A stretch of 64,000 nucleotides of DNA from the human T2T-CHM13v2.0 reference genome, Homo sapiens. The notes below the pieces were generated by a model, which worked only from the letters and a program-made list of their open reading frames with translations, did no database searches and was not told the DNA's origin. Location: assembly GCF_009914755.1 (NCBI RefSeq), contig NC_060938.1; one strand, written 5' to 3'. Of this stretch, positions 13,598 to 26,867 are shown piece by piece. The first letter of the stretch is position 1. Each line of letters begins with the position of its first letter. The translations under genes were made by a program, and so were the position numbers.

Positions 13598-14212
13598 GGC
13601 TCCCTGCTCCACCCCATGTTACTGTTGCTTTCAATATGAATAGTCATTCTACCAGATTCAGGCCTGCTGAATTCCCTCTAGCCAGCCAAGATGTAACCTT
13701 CCCCTAAACTACAGATGGGGGCCTGCCAGATGTTCTAGGTTAGGGAGGCATGAAATGAGCAACCAAGCAGGAATCAGAAACTCAGACCAGCAGCAGGCAA
13801 GGAAAATACCAGGTGATATCACTTATAAAGGGGAACCCTTGGGATCAAGTAAGGAGTGAAGATTAGGAAAAGGAGGTGGGGAGCCAGATTGTTACTAAAA
13901 ACATGTGAAGGAAAATACAGCAACAATATTGGTAAGCAATGAGCTTTTATAGGTATGAGGGACCTAATAAGAAGATGATTTCTAAGGTGGTGGTTGTATC
14001 CCTTTGCCATGATGGAACAGAACTTGCAATATTAATCAGGATGAATTAATGACAGAAGAAATGATTGGCAAGAGCGGTGATGACCTCTGGGGTGAAGATG
14101 TTAAATCAGCAGCCCCTTGTGATTTTTGCTTAGAAGCCAGAAAAGTGTTTCCCCTTCAGGGCATCTAAACTCTTATGGTAAAGAGTAACTGTTGTATGAA
14201 TGGCCTATAGGT

Positions 14213-14295
14213 CTTAGGCTGAATCGTGTGAAATTGCCAATATTCAACTGTATTTGACCTCCAAAAATGATAACTTCATGTCATTCCATTTAATA
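14213..14295. mobile_element. MADE2 mariner MITE
   Basis: ~80 bp with degenerate inverted ends: ttaggctgaatcgtgtgaaattgcc...aacttcatgtcattccatttaata. Confidence 0.75.
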
Positions 14296-14299
14296 ATTT

Positions 14300-14430
14300 T
14301 TATTTATTTATTGTCTGTCTTCCCCAACTAGAATGCAGATATGATTTTGTTCAAAGCTGTGTCACAGTATCCATTACAGTGTCTAGCAAAGTGGGTACTC
14401 ACAAATTTTCGATGAATTAAATAAATAAAT
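14300..14430 (+). mobile_element. L2 3' fragment
   Basis: ttgtctgtcttccccaactagaatg...acagtgtctagca...tactcacaaattttcgatgaatt. Confidence 0.6.
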
Positions 14431-14479
14431 TATGTAGTTCCTAAATATTTCTTGGCCATAATTTACTGTAATCCTTGGG

Positions 14480-14930
14480 ACTTCTTCAATTATAAGTAGT
14501 ATGACTTCAATTTATATTAGTTAAGCAAAGAAGATAATGTTTTGGCATACACAACTAGAAATTCTAAGGGTACTGGCTTCGGGCACAGCTAGATCCAGGG
14601 GCTTGAATAATGTCATAATGATTTGGTGTCTTGCCATTGTTCGACTGATTTTTTTTTTTCTGAGTTAACAGTATCCTCAGGCAGGTTCTCTCAATTTGCC
14701 AAGTGTCTCCAGGCTTACAGTCATTAGCTCAGCAAACCCCAGAGAAAATAAAAGTGGCTCTTTCCCAGTAGTTCAAATAGAAACTCCTAACTTTGACTCT
14801 CACAGAATCTACTTTGGCAATGTCTGAGGAGCCAAGGCGGGAGGTCAGATTCACCTCAGTCAATTGGACTGAGACTGGGAGAGATGGTGATTCTCTGAAA
14901 GAGAATCTTAGTGCTGTTCCCAAAATAATA
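14480..14930 (-). mobile_element. Old MLT1-family (MaLR) LTR
   Basis: ggcttcgggcacagctagatccaggggcttgaataatgtc motif; boundaries approximate. Confidence 0.5.
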
Positions 14931-14949
14931 ATTACAATAATAGCTGACA

Positions 14950-15168
14950 ATTAAACACTTATTTCCCAGACACTATTCAAAAGGCAATACCCTCAGAAAC
15001 CCTTTAAGGGAAGCACTATTATTATGTTTATTTTATACATGAGTACACTGAAGTATACAGAGGCTAAGTAATTTGCTAAAATTCACATAGCTGGGAAGAT
15101 AGAGCTAGAATGGAAACATTCACAGTCCCACTGCCCGCCCATTCCCTTAACCACTACACTCTGCTACC
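14950..15168 (-). mobile_element. MIR SINE
   Basis: attttatacatgagtacactgaag...agaggctaagtaatttgc...cttaaccactacact. Confidence 0.7.
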
Positions 15169-16739
15169 TGAAAAGGAGTTTGGGGGTAAAGAAAAACATG
15201 GATGTTCACTGTACTTAGCTCATTTATTTACAGAGCCAATGGTCTGGTAGCATCTAACTCATGATGGCAAATGGAGAGTTACTGGTTCATCTGTGGTCTG
15301 GGCATTGCCAGGGTGGGTTTTCTCTGGCAACCCAGAAGTTGCTTCCTGGCTGGTGAGAAAGTGATTTCTCACAATCATAGCTTCTTGTTTTATGGTTTCC
15401 TCCCACATCTCTCTCACATGATGACTTCTATCAAGTCAATTTGTTCTATTAAAAAATAATTTTTAGAGCATCTTCAGCATACTCAAAGGAGAACACTCGG
15501 TGGATGTTTAAAAATGTTGTGAAATCATAATCTGAGTTATTATATTTAGGTAGCTTCTAGCTTTGACATTCCAACAGTTTGGGGATATATTTGTGTATTG
15601 GATGCATGAGTTGATTCCCTGATAAATGCCACATCTGTCTTTTCTCCCTCCAGTTCCTTACCCATCTCCTTGAGGATAATTTATCAAAGTTTACTTCTAA
15701 CAGGTATGGAGTGGTGACGGCTCAGGTGTTCTATTTTCCCTTCACAATGGTGGATGGTGCTTTGTTGAAGAACGCTCTGGGGAGCTAGAGAAAACAGGCC
15801 TGAAAATCCGTCCCCTTGCCTGGGGTAGATGAGGCTTGTCTTTGGGATAGAATGTCTCATCAGGTTTATTTCCTGTAAAATGGGAGTGAAATCAGATGAA
15901 GGATTTTGGTAAGGATTCTTCCCAGTAGGGCTCCTGCTTGGCTGATTGACGTACTCACAGTTGTTGGAGTGGTTGTAATCTCTGCTTCTCTCTGCACATT
16001 TGCTCTTGTCTCCTCTCTGCAGGCTAAGATCCTCTGCAGCTTCTTAGTTTCTGTTTTCTTATGACTTCAGCTCTGTCTTGCCCTGGGCTGCCTCTAGGCC
16101 AGGCTTTCCATGACCTGATGGCTCAGGTGCTTATCATGACCAAGTGATTCATTTTATTTAATTCAAAGTCACTAAGTCTGTTACTGGTCCATTTCAGGTT
16201 ATAGATGAGTTCAATGTTAGATCAATGAACTTCCCTCATCCTGCAAGCTGTGACCAGAGGGCAGAATCATGTGGTCCTAACATGAACCTAGGATCACTCC
16301 TTCAGCAGAGGCTTTGTGGGGAGAGCAATTTCAAGGAAAGAGCATGGAAATAATAAATATATTGGCTACCTTATCCAAAATAGTCCCATGTTATAAAGCA
16401 AAGTGATTTCTTAACTGGTATATCCACAGGGAAAATTCAATGAGTGCCAGTTTTCTTGTTTGTTTGTAGGTCACACTTAACACAGAAGTGATTTCTGAAT
16501 TCTCATAAACTATAGTCATAGGAGTTTTTATAATGAAAGCTGGTTTGTTTTCTGCTTCTTCAAAAATGATAACCTGGGTATGCCATACAGATAGCTTTCT
16601 ACTAATCAGAACACTGAATTATTCCTCAGTACCTATTCAAACTGCAAACGAGATTTTCCTGCATTTGGTCATTGCATATAACTTCACAAAATAGAAAAAC
16701 AGAACATAAGAATAATAATTTTAATTGCTAAGTCAATTA

Positions 16740-17350
16740 AAGAGGAGGGAACCCCGCTTGGCAACAATTAAAAAGTCACATAATACCAAGTACTAGTGAG
16801 GATGTGAGAATTCTCCTGGACTGCAAGGTGGGCAGGAGGGGCTAGTTCAGACATTCTAGAGAACAAAATGTGAATATGTATTGAAAAATAAGTATGTGAA
16901 TATGTAGTAAAATAAGTATTCCTGGGTCTTCCCCATGACCCACTAGTCTAACTCTCAGAATTAGACCCAAGAGAAATTCTTCCATTGACTAATGAATTTA
17001 TATATGAAAATGTTCAGTGCAATGTGACTTCTGGTAGCTGGGACTGGTGATGGCTAGATGTCCATCACTGGAAGTAATAGATAAGAAAAATATTGTGATG
17101 CATTCTGCTACATAATCAGAGGCAGTAGCTTAAAGTAATAAACTGGATTCATATAAAGAAGCATGGCTAGATCTTACTAAGACTATTGAGGGAAAAAGTA
17201 ACAGAAGGAGAGCTTAGTGCAATATTACTTATGTAAATTAGAAACAGGTACTGCACAAAACAACACACTAAATACTTCAAGGATACATGGATATTCAAGG
17301 ACATATAGTAACAATTAAAGGGGCAGCCTATGGGAGGGAGGGTAGCGGGA
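16740..17350 (+). mobile_element. Old L1ME-type 3' fragment
   Basis: ggcaacaattaaaaagtc...ataataccaagt...gtgaggatgtg; atgttcagtgcaatg; agatgtccatcactgga. Confidence 0.65.
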
Positions 17351-17732
17351 GTGAGGATGAAAGATGAAGAGAGAAAATAATCAAACACAATTTTAAAAAA
17401 GAGAGCAGGCTTGGCAGAGCCAGATGATAATACTGAATCACAAACTGAGTAATATAATTATCAGCATTCTACACCTGAGGTCCAAGAAGACAATGAGAAA
17501 AGTAGAAGGGGGAAATGTTTAGCTGGGTTAGTAGGAAAGCCCACTTATGACTGGGGGAAAAGGTAGAACCCAGTGACCCCAGGCTCTGAGTTATTTTTCC
17601 TCTTCGTGCCCACCTCTTAGTCTGATGCTGAATCCTCTGGGACAAAGGTTCCCTGGTTCTTGTTACCCTAGCTTTCAGGCGTTTGAGATAGAGGGGAAGA
17701 AAAATGGAGGCCCACTGAAATAGTGATGATGA

Positions 17733-18111
<379 letters not shown>

Positions 18112-20479
18112 CTAGATGAAAACCAGGAGGAAGTGGCTCTAGTTTTGCGATTTGTGTCTCTTTTGGTCCTCAGTGTCCTCATTACAAAAGTGAGATGGTC
18201 TAATCAAAGCTCCATTCCAGGCCCGTTCATCTGTGACTCTCCTCTTAGAAGCTCATTGCCGAAAAAAGCGTTGTGTGGAAAAATGGTGCTCAGAAAGCAG
18301 TAACCTCTTTTCACTTGTGGGCTGACTGAGGAAACAGCCAGCCGCCCACCATGACCCAGGGCAAAGTGCACAGGAGCTCCGTCCCAGTTGCCTTCCTGTT
18401 AGATAGAGGAGTCAAGCAAACACACTTGCTCTAATCCTTTAAAAAAATTCCTCCTTGGATTCCTAAGGAAATGTGATGTGACGAGATAACAGATAAAACT
18501 GGCACGTGTGAAGATGCCATTCTGGGGCTGTTTTGTCATTCTTCCAGGTGATTAATCGTCCAGGATAATCTGAAGAATAGGAAATAGTATAGACTTAGAC
18601 TTTGTATAGAAATCATTGAAAGCTCCTCTTAAAAGATTCAAACTACAAAAAGCAAGAACATTCTAAAACAAAGAATATTTTATTAGGAAAATATTGGAAC
18701 TTCCCCCTCCGTCTTATTTCTCCTAAATATTTCCACTTTCTTCCCAGGACTTTAATATCTTTTGCCTAAGCAGACATAGGAATTTATGATATAAGCCAAA
18801 GCTTTAAGGCTAAATAAAAATGATATTAACACGCATTGCCTCCTTTTCTGAAAGCTTCAGCTGTAAGCTTCTGTCCGAAGAGAGCAGTGTGCTCCTCCTC
18901 CACCATCCACAGCAATGGATTTCATCAAGTCAAGTCTATCAAGGGGTTACACTCAATGGGTAGCATGACCATGTTGCCCAAACAGGAGAAAAAAGGTCTT
19001 TGAATCTCAATGCTGAATTGTACATCTGCACTCTGCCTGATGAAGCAACTTCCTGATTAATTTTTCAGAATGTTTTTGCATTTTCTGCCGAATGTCAGAG
19101 GTGTCTTCTCTGTGGAGTCAGCACTCTGTGGCACGTTGGAGGGTCCGCGGTCAGATGGGCTGCTCTTTCCCCAAGGAAGATCCACCTTTCTATTGGTGAT
19201 TACTGCAAAAGACCAGATGTTTTCCTTTAACCTCCCATTGGTTCTAATCTCCCTCAATCTTTGATCCCAACCCCACTTGAAAGTAACCCTTCATTTAGCT
19301 CCTCTTGGGTGGTCCTCAGTGGAGATTTAGTTAATTCTAACTTCTCGTACAGTCTTTCCCCATGTGCTTCCATGGTAAAATTCTACCTTTCTAATTGCTA
19401 AGAGGAAAATTGTTAATCCTTTTGATTCAGGGAGCAGTGTAATAGCCTTAAAATTGGCAACTTAATTGAAAAACTCAGAAATTGCTGACTCCTTGGGGTA
19501 GTTTTTTAATAGCATTTCCCTCATGATTCTTTCCTTCTTTCTTTTTCAAAATAAAATAAAATCTGTTACTTAGCATGTCCAGTCAAAAGACTATCTCCTT
19601 GTTATCTCTCTATTCTCAGATTCCATTTGGATTTCATGCATGATCTTAGGTATTTTATTGGTTGTTACAGATCAGCTTAGTGGGTTATTATAGAAAATGC
19701 TCACTGCAAAACAGAAGGGACATGTGATGCCGTCTAATGGGAAATAGAAATTCTTTTCCTCCCTCTGTTCCCATTATGTAAGAATAAACAACTTAAATTG
19801 CTACTCTTAGATTCCAAGAGTTGTCTAGGCTACATATGTCAAATATCAGTGTGAGTTTGGAGATTGGGTTGTTCTGCATTATGACTGGTATATATTAGTA
19901 TTCTCTTGACTTCATTATCAAAAGCAAACCAAACAAGCTAGTTTGAAAGAGACCTCCAATTTTGCTTTGGATTCATACAAGCAAATTCCTTTAAAAAATT
20001 TCTGGGAATAGAGAGGTTTCTGGGTTCTTGGCATATTCCATTGATCTTACTTATGAATAGAGAAAAGGTCAAGGATTTTGCTTATTTGTTTTCCATAGGC
20101 ACTCTAAATTTTCAAAGATTTGGAGACTTTTAAGGGACTTTTAAGAGACACTTAATTTGTTACAGATGCATTAACATATTGAATTTATGTGGAAGAGTGG
20201 AGGCCAGGGAAAGGATATTGGGTTCATTATTTATTAGTAGAGCTAGTCAAAACTTCCCTGTTTTAACCAAGTGGTGGTTTGGCTCCTATTCAAGAAGCCA
20301 TCTCTTAATATTGCTGTCCTCAGCAATTAATGTACACTGAGAGGGTGGGTGTGCCCTTATTATACTCAACCATACTGGATTCTAGACTGTGGGTCTATCT
20401 CTCCTCTCTCCAAACTGGACATGACCCTTTTGTGTAATTACCTCAAAATATGTGCTATTCCTGCTTTCTACTCAAAATG

Positions 20480-20950
20480 AAACTCATTAGGGAGGCCTGC
20501 AAATTGTGCAGGATCTGAGCCCCTCTCCTTGTCTAGCCTCATTTCCCATCAGATCCCCCATGCTTTCTTTTCCTGGTACACTGGCCTTTTTCCAGTGCCT
20601 CACATGCTTCCTCCTCCTTGATGGAAAACTGTTCCCTGATGGCCTCATGGACTACTCCTGCTCCATTCCTGCCTTCGCAGGAAAACAAGTGTTTTTCCTG
20701 ATGGTGGCACTTTGGTTATGATCAGCTGTCATAGTACCATGTTCTTCACACCACTGTCTCAATTTTACATTTATTTATCTTTTATTTGATTGGCTTTCTA
20801 CTCCACTACTTACAGAGGTCCATGAGGTCAGAGATAGGGTTCAGTTTTGATCATTTATATATCTGCAGTACTGAAGAACTTGCCTGGTATTAAGTGTCCA
20901 GTAAATATCTGTAGAACGAATGAATAAATGCATGAGTGAATGAATGAATG
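20480..20950 (+). mobile_element. L2 3' region
   Basis: cactggcctttttccagtgcctc...ccatgaggtcagaga...cagtaaatatctgtagaacgaatgaat with (TGAA)n tail. Confidence 0.7.
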
Positions 20951-22899
20951 TATAACATAAGGTTCACTTGACTTGTACCCAAAACTTTTGTATATCAGGT
21001 TGATGTTTTTATTAAGTCCATACTTTCAGGTGCATCTGCATCTCTTCTCTTGGATTGTTAAATTTCTAGAGGGTAAAGACTAGCTTTCTATGTTTGTCCT
21101 GTCTAGTCCTCAGCACAGTTTCAGACAGAGATCAGAGACAGGGCCACATCTATGAGGTTGCAAAACAGAACAGAGAACATAATAACACATTTCCATCTTC
21201 TTCCTGTACAGCTGGAATTTATTTAAATTAAAGAACTGGAGAAGAAGCAGAGATGGCCCCCTAAAGCAAAGTTGGCGGGGGAGGTACATAGGAAAGGTGT
21301 GTGGTGTGTGGACCTCGGTTGATGGCTCATCTGAATTTCAAGGCTGAGTTGATGCATAAAAGGCCTTTGGCTTTCTCTGAACACCAGTCTGCAGTGGCAA
21401 GCTTCATGTGTTATCACTGTAAGGGAGAGCATGTATCCTGTCTCCATTGGAATCGTAACTGTCAAAGTCATATGGCATTAGCTATGCAAATTGCTGAGCA
21501 TAGGCAGTGTGTTCTGCAAGAATATAAATCAGAAAAGTAAACGTTACTGTGCCGTGTTCCAGTTACCCATCCTTCCCTTTATTGTCCCAAACTTATTCAT
21601 ATGGTGCCTCTTCCCCATTGTAAGTGCTTAGAGTCACTCCAGTTCTAAGGCCCAACCACACTGGCTGGCCCAAAAGACAGCTGTTGATGGTGCCCGTAAG
21701 TGACTCCCATTTAAATAATTGCCCATATCCCTGGAGTTTCCTGTTGGATTAGCTCTGGCTGAATCCAAAGTTTCTCTTTCAAATTGGCCTTTATTCTAGA
21801 AACAGAAGCTAGAATCCGGTATTAAAACAAGTTTTATAAAATTTTCTCACTTATTTTCACTATCATCTGTTGTGCTTTCATGAGTATTTTTCTTTAAAAC
21901 TGTGTTCTTGGGCAATTTAATACAATAATTCCATTTTACTGTGTCTTCTACCCACATTTGTCTGTGTAGAGCTTTTACTGCTGTATTGAATGAGACAATC
22001 TTTTTTAATAAGAAAAGTTCATCTTACTGCTGGTGACGAGTAAGTGGAAAACATGATTTTATCAAGCAATTTCTTCTCTTTTCTATCCATTGCTTGCCAA
22101 ATTTAGAAACAAAAATGGGAATATCTCACACTTTGCAAATGAATCCTTGTGGTAAATAGAACCTTAGTCCTTTTTTACCGCACTGCATATGATAGTGCTT
22201 TTAAAAGCATTTAAGCATAGGTAATAATGTTTCTCAAAGACTGGAACTATTGATTTATAAAGTTAGGTGTGAGTAAAATCTAAAGATAAATAGCATATCA
22301 TTAAAAAGTGAAATAATATTATTTTAATTCATACTTGACAATTTTTCGAAAGAATGTTAAGCTCTTACATAAATATATGGCCTCCCCAGCTGTTCAAATA
22401 GTATGATTAATTAAATGGATTCTGTCTGAAAACCAACACTGGTTCTTGTTCTCAAATTGCAAATATGTCCAATGTAAAGGAAAATGGAAAAGTATTCCTC
22501 TGGTATCTACTGCATTTGAGGTAAAGAATTAATATTGTTGAAATTCCAAAGTGTTCCTTAGATGTATGTGTGTCTGTGTTTGTGCCCACACCTGTATGTG
22601 TGGTTGTGTGTGTATCCATTATATACATATATATATTTTTTAATGGCAGGAAATTTTATTTATAAGAAACTGCTCTATTTGCCAATCTTACCTATCCAGA
22701 ATAAAGCCAAGAACCTATTATAAGTCAACAGAAAAGACTTCTTAGAAGCCCAGATAAAGGTGGGCTTCTAAGTCTACTCATTACATCGAATGCATTTAAA
22801 TATAGAAAAAATAAACCACATAGACCTTCAGTGAGAATATTACTGTTTTTATTTTACTACAAGGTAAATAACTTGTCTGAAGGGTGTAAAGCATTAAGG

Positions 22900-23720
22900 G
22901 GTTTCCAAGGCAAATTGCAATGGTTGATTGGGACTAGAAAGTGCAAGGCCTTAATTCAGTATAGATTAGGGAGTCAAAGAAAATTACTGAGTTGGAAAGA
23001 TACATGTTTAGACATGTTCTTTAGGAAAATTAACCTGAAGTGCATAGAATATATTGCAGAGGCTGGAAACCCAAGACAGTTATGAGACTACTGCATTAGT
23101 CCAGATGCTATGGGGTTAGTCCAGATAAGTAACAACAAGGTTCTGAATGAGGGTATGGAGAGGACAATATAAGTCTTAAGAGACCTAAGAGATATGGCAG
23201 AAGTAGAATAAAAAGCACTTGGGAATTGTTTCAGTTGGGGCATAAGAGAAAAATCAAATATATCTTTTTTTTTCTTTTTTGAGACGGATTTTCGCTCTTG
23301 TTGCCAAGGCTGTAGTGCAATGGTGCAATCTCAGGTCACAGCAACCTCCACCTCCTAAGTTGAATCGATTCTCCTGCCTCAGCCTCCCAAGTAGCTGGGA
23401 TTACAGGCATGTGCCACCATGCCCAGCTGATTTTTGTATTTTTAGTAGAGATGGGGTTTCACCAGGTTGGCCAGGCTGGTCTCGAACTCTTGATCTCAGT
23501 TGATCTGCACTCCTTCAGACTCAGATACATCTTTAAAAATTCAAGTCTATGAAAGTAAAATCATTATGCTACTGGCAGAGTAGGAACAGGTTTGGGTGGG
23601 TGTGGAGGAAGATGGTGAATTCCAATTTGCAATTTAAGGTGCACATAGAACCTCCAAGAGGAGACGTCTCATAGGAGCTGAAGATGCAGAGCTGGACTAT
23701 CTCTAGGACCAGGCATAAAC
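22900..23720 (-). mobile_element. L2 fragment interrupted by an Alu
   Basis: Purine-rich antisense L2-like text on both sides of the Alu at 23266-23518. Confidence 0.5.
23266..23518 (-). mobile_element. AluSq/Sp-like, 5'-truncated
   Basis: tttcgctcttgttgcc...gtgcaatgg diagnostics; decayed TSD tca(a/g)ata(t/c)atcttt. Confidence 0.93.
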
Positions 23721-24951
23721 GTGAAACCCATAATAGCTAACATTTACTGAGCACTTACAAAGTATGAGGTACTTTCCTATGTGTTGTTATGTATTAAAAA
23801 TTTACAATTCTCCCATGAGGTAAGTACTATGTTTAATTTATTTTAAAAATGTATTTAAAATTGAATTTTAAAATGTAATAGTAATACATAATTATTGTAA
23901 AAATTCAAGTCATAGGTAAGCTGAAAATTCAAAAGAAAAAAAAGGGAGTAGTAAGTTAAGCAAATAACTTGTTTTTGTTTTAAAAAATATTTGTAGTAAA
24001 TTAGAATCAATTTAAAAGAAAGACTTTTCAAGAGGAAGTTAATAGCTTCGTAGAAAAGGAGAAAACATCAAAAATACAAGAAGTAGAAAAAGGAACAAAA
24101 ACAAATATACCTCCAAGAACAATAAAACCCAATAAACCTACAGCAATCTTGGCCTCTCTAGAATAGAAACAGTCCTCACTTGACTAAGATCTGGGGTTCT
24201 CACTCTGTAATATCCTAGTAGATAACTGATGTTAAAATAATACCAATAAAAAAGTGAAATGATTTTTATGTAATTTTTTAGGAAGGCAGAAAAAAATCTA
24301 GATTCTATTGTACTTTAAATCAAAGATCTTTTACTCAATGGATAAAATTGTAATGTAATCAATAAAGCCAGCAAGACTGCATGAATTATTCCATGGTAGT
24401 TCCATGCTGTCAGATTTCTTATTATGTTCATAGCAAGCTAGATGGCAGACCTTCCTTTTCAGGAAAGCAGGAACTGGGCCAAGGTTGAAATTCTACTAGC
24501 AGGGGCTGATATTAGAATAGGTGTGGTTTTTCTGCACTTGGAGGGCTCTAATTAAAGGGAAATTAGAATCAAAGTCTGGGATGAGGGCTGGGGTGGGCCC
24601 AGGAAGTAAGGGACGCTCCAAAGCATCCAGTCCGAGGGTAATGGAAGAAAAAAACAAAAATAAGATTTAAAGCAATAGATCACACTAGAAAGCTGCAGGC
24701 AAGAAGGAGTAATGGGGTTTGAGAGAAGGGACCAGAAAGATTCCCAGAAGCAATTGGATGTCGAAGATCAAGACTTTTCTAGGATAACTAGGGTCAAGCA
24801 AAAGGGCAAGGAGGGAATACTGGGGGCTCAATTCTCTCTCTAAGCAAAGAAATGGAAGTTAGTCTCATGAATACAAATGAAAAAAATCCAGAATTTATAG
24901 AGAATGTAGAGAAATACTTGGAAGGCAAGAAGCACCATGAATATATATGTG

Positions 24952-25379
24952 CGTGATGGTTAATACTGAGTGTCAACTTAATTGGATTGAGGGATACAAA
25001 GTATTAACCCTGGGTGTGTCTGTGAGGGTGTTGCCAAAAGAGATTAACATTTGAGTCAGTGGGCTGGGGAAGGCAGATCCACCCTTAATCTGGTGGATCT
25101 AATCAGCTTCCAGTGAATATAAAGCAGGCAGAAAAATGTGAAAAAGAGAGACGGGCCTAGCCTCCCAGCCTACATCTTTCTCCCATGCTGGATGCTTCCT
25201 GCCCCTGAACATCAGATTCCAAGGTCATCAGTTTTGGGACTTGGACTGGCTCTCCTTGCTCCTCAGCCTGCAGATGGCCTATTGTGGGACCTTGTGATCA
25301 TGTAAGTTAATACTTAATAAACTCATATATATGGCCTATTAGTTCTGTCCCTCTAAGAGAACGCTGAACCCTGACTACA
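24952..25379 (+). mobile_element. MLT2A (probably MLT2A1) 5' LTR of HERV-L
   Basis: (C/T)GTGATGGTTAATACTGAGTGTCAACT start; TATA-like aatataaa; AATAAA at 25316-25321; ends ccctgactaca. Confidence 0.92.
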
Positions 25380-25384
25380 GATTT

Positions 25385-25399
25385 TAGTACCAGGAGTGG
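25385..25399 (+). other. Primer binding site (tRNA-Leu type), TGG>TAG mutated
   Basis: TAGTACCAGGAGTGG directly after the LTR; the HERV-L PBS is TGGTACCAGGAGTGG. Confidence 0.75.
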
Positions 25400-25414
25400 T
25401 TCTAGAGGAACAGA

Positions 25415-26867
25415 GTGTTAAGGATGGAATTCTTCCATTGGTTTTGGGGTTTCTGGAGTTGGCTGCTTAATATGATTAGACCCCAAAATGTCAAGGACTC
25501 TACTTCTAATAGTATAGACAACACCGATAGTCCGTGGCATGAACTGTTTAGAGAGTTATGCAAAATAAATGCATTTGACACTCCTGATTCACCTCTCGTG
25601 AGAGGCAAGAAGTTTAGTGACTCTATACATAAGTGAGGGCATTGATTGGAAAAGAAGGGGACCCTGAAACTTGTAATGGGGACATGTGGGAGGACCCTGG
25701 TGAAGCTGGGGACACTGAGTTTGTAAACTCTCATGAACCTTTTTTGCCAGAAAGAACAGCTTCCCCATCCCCAGTAGAGGCAACACCCCATCCCTGACCC
25801 AGGCTGCCATCAGCCTTTCCACCTTTGCCTGAAGAGATAAACCCTGCGCTGCCTGAGGCAACAGTGATGGCCTCCCCTGAGGCAGCTGCCAGGCAAGATA
25901 ATATTGATTCTCCTCAGAAGCCACCCTCAACACCTCTGTTTGCTTCTAGACCTATAAATAGGCTGAAGTCCCGGTGGGCCCCTAGAGGGGAGGTTGAGAG
26001 TGTGACCCATGAGAAGGTGCACTACACTTGAAAAGAACTGTTTGAGCTTTCTAATTTATATAAACAGAAATCTGGAGAACAGGCATGGGAATGGATATTA
26101 AAGGTATAGGATATTGGTGGAAGGCACAAGGAGTTGGATCAGGCTGAATTTATCGATTTGGGACAACTAAATAGGGAATCTGCATTTAATGTTGCCCCTC
26201 GAGGAGTTAAAAAGGTTGTGACAGTTTACTTGCTTGGTTAGCTGAAATATGGTTTAAAATATGGCCCACTGTAAGTGAGCTGGAAATGCCTGATCTCCCT
26301 TGGTTTAATGTAGAGGAAGGGATCCAAAGGCTTAGGGAGATTGGGATGATGGAGTGGATTAGTCACTTTAGACCTATTCATCCCAGCTGGGAAGGTCCAG
26401 AAGATATACCCCTGACCAATGCCTTGCGAAATAGATTTGTGAGGGCAGCACCTGCATCTTTGAAGAGCCTTGTAATTGCTTTTCTCTATATGTCAGATTT
26501 AACAGTGGGAATTGGAGTCACTCAGTTACAAAATTTAAATACAATGGGAATAATTGGCAGGAGCCAAGTGGCAGGACTCAACTGTCAAAGTCAAGGTGGG
26601 CATAGCTACCGTAATGGACAGCAGAGGCAAAGTGGCAATCAGAAGAGTCTGACTTGTGTAGAGCTCTGGCATTGGCTAATTAATCATGGTGTTCCTAGAA
26701 GTAAAATTGTTGAGAAGTGTACTGCATTCCAACTTAAATTATACAATCAGAAAACTTCGAGGTTGAATGAACAAAAGACTAATTTGAATTATAAAAACAG
26801 AGAATCACAGCCCCTCAGTCAATTTCCAGGCTTGAGCCAGTTTACAGACCAAGAACCCCTTGAATGA
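25415..26867 (+). pseudogene. gag: HERV-L gag remnant
   Basis: Fragments DSPWHELFRELCKI, PEEINPALPEA, MPDLPWFNVEEGIQRLREIGM...FTDQEPLE*; interrupted by stops, frameshifts and a deletion. Confidence 0.9.

Noticed and set aside
15654-15703. Plus-strand 50-nt exon-like unit, and the strong donor GAG|GTAAGT near 18084
   Set aside because: Isolated splice-like signals are common, and there is no coherent multi-exon reading frame
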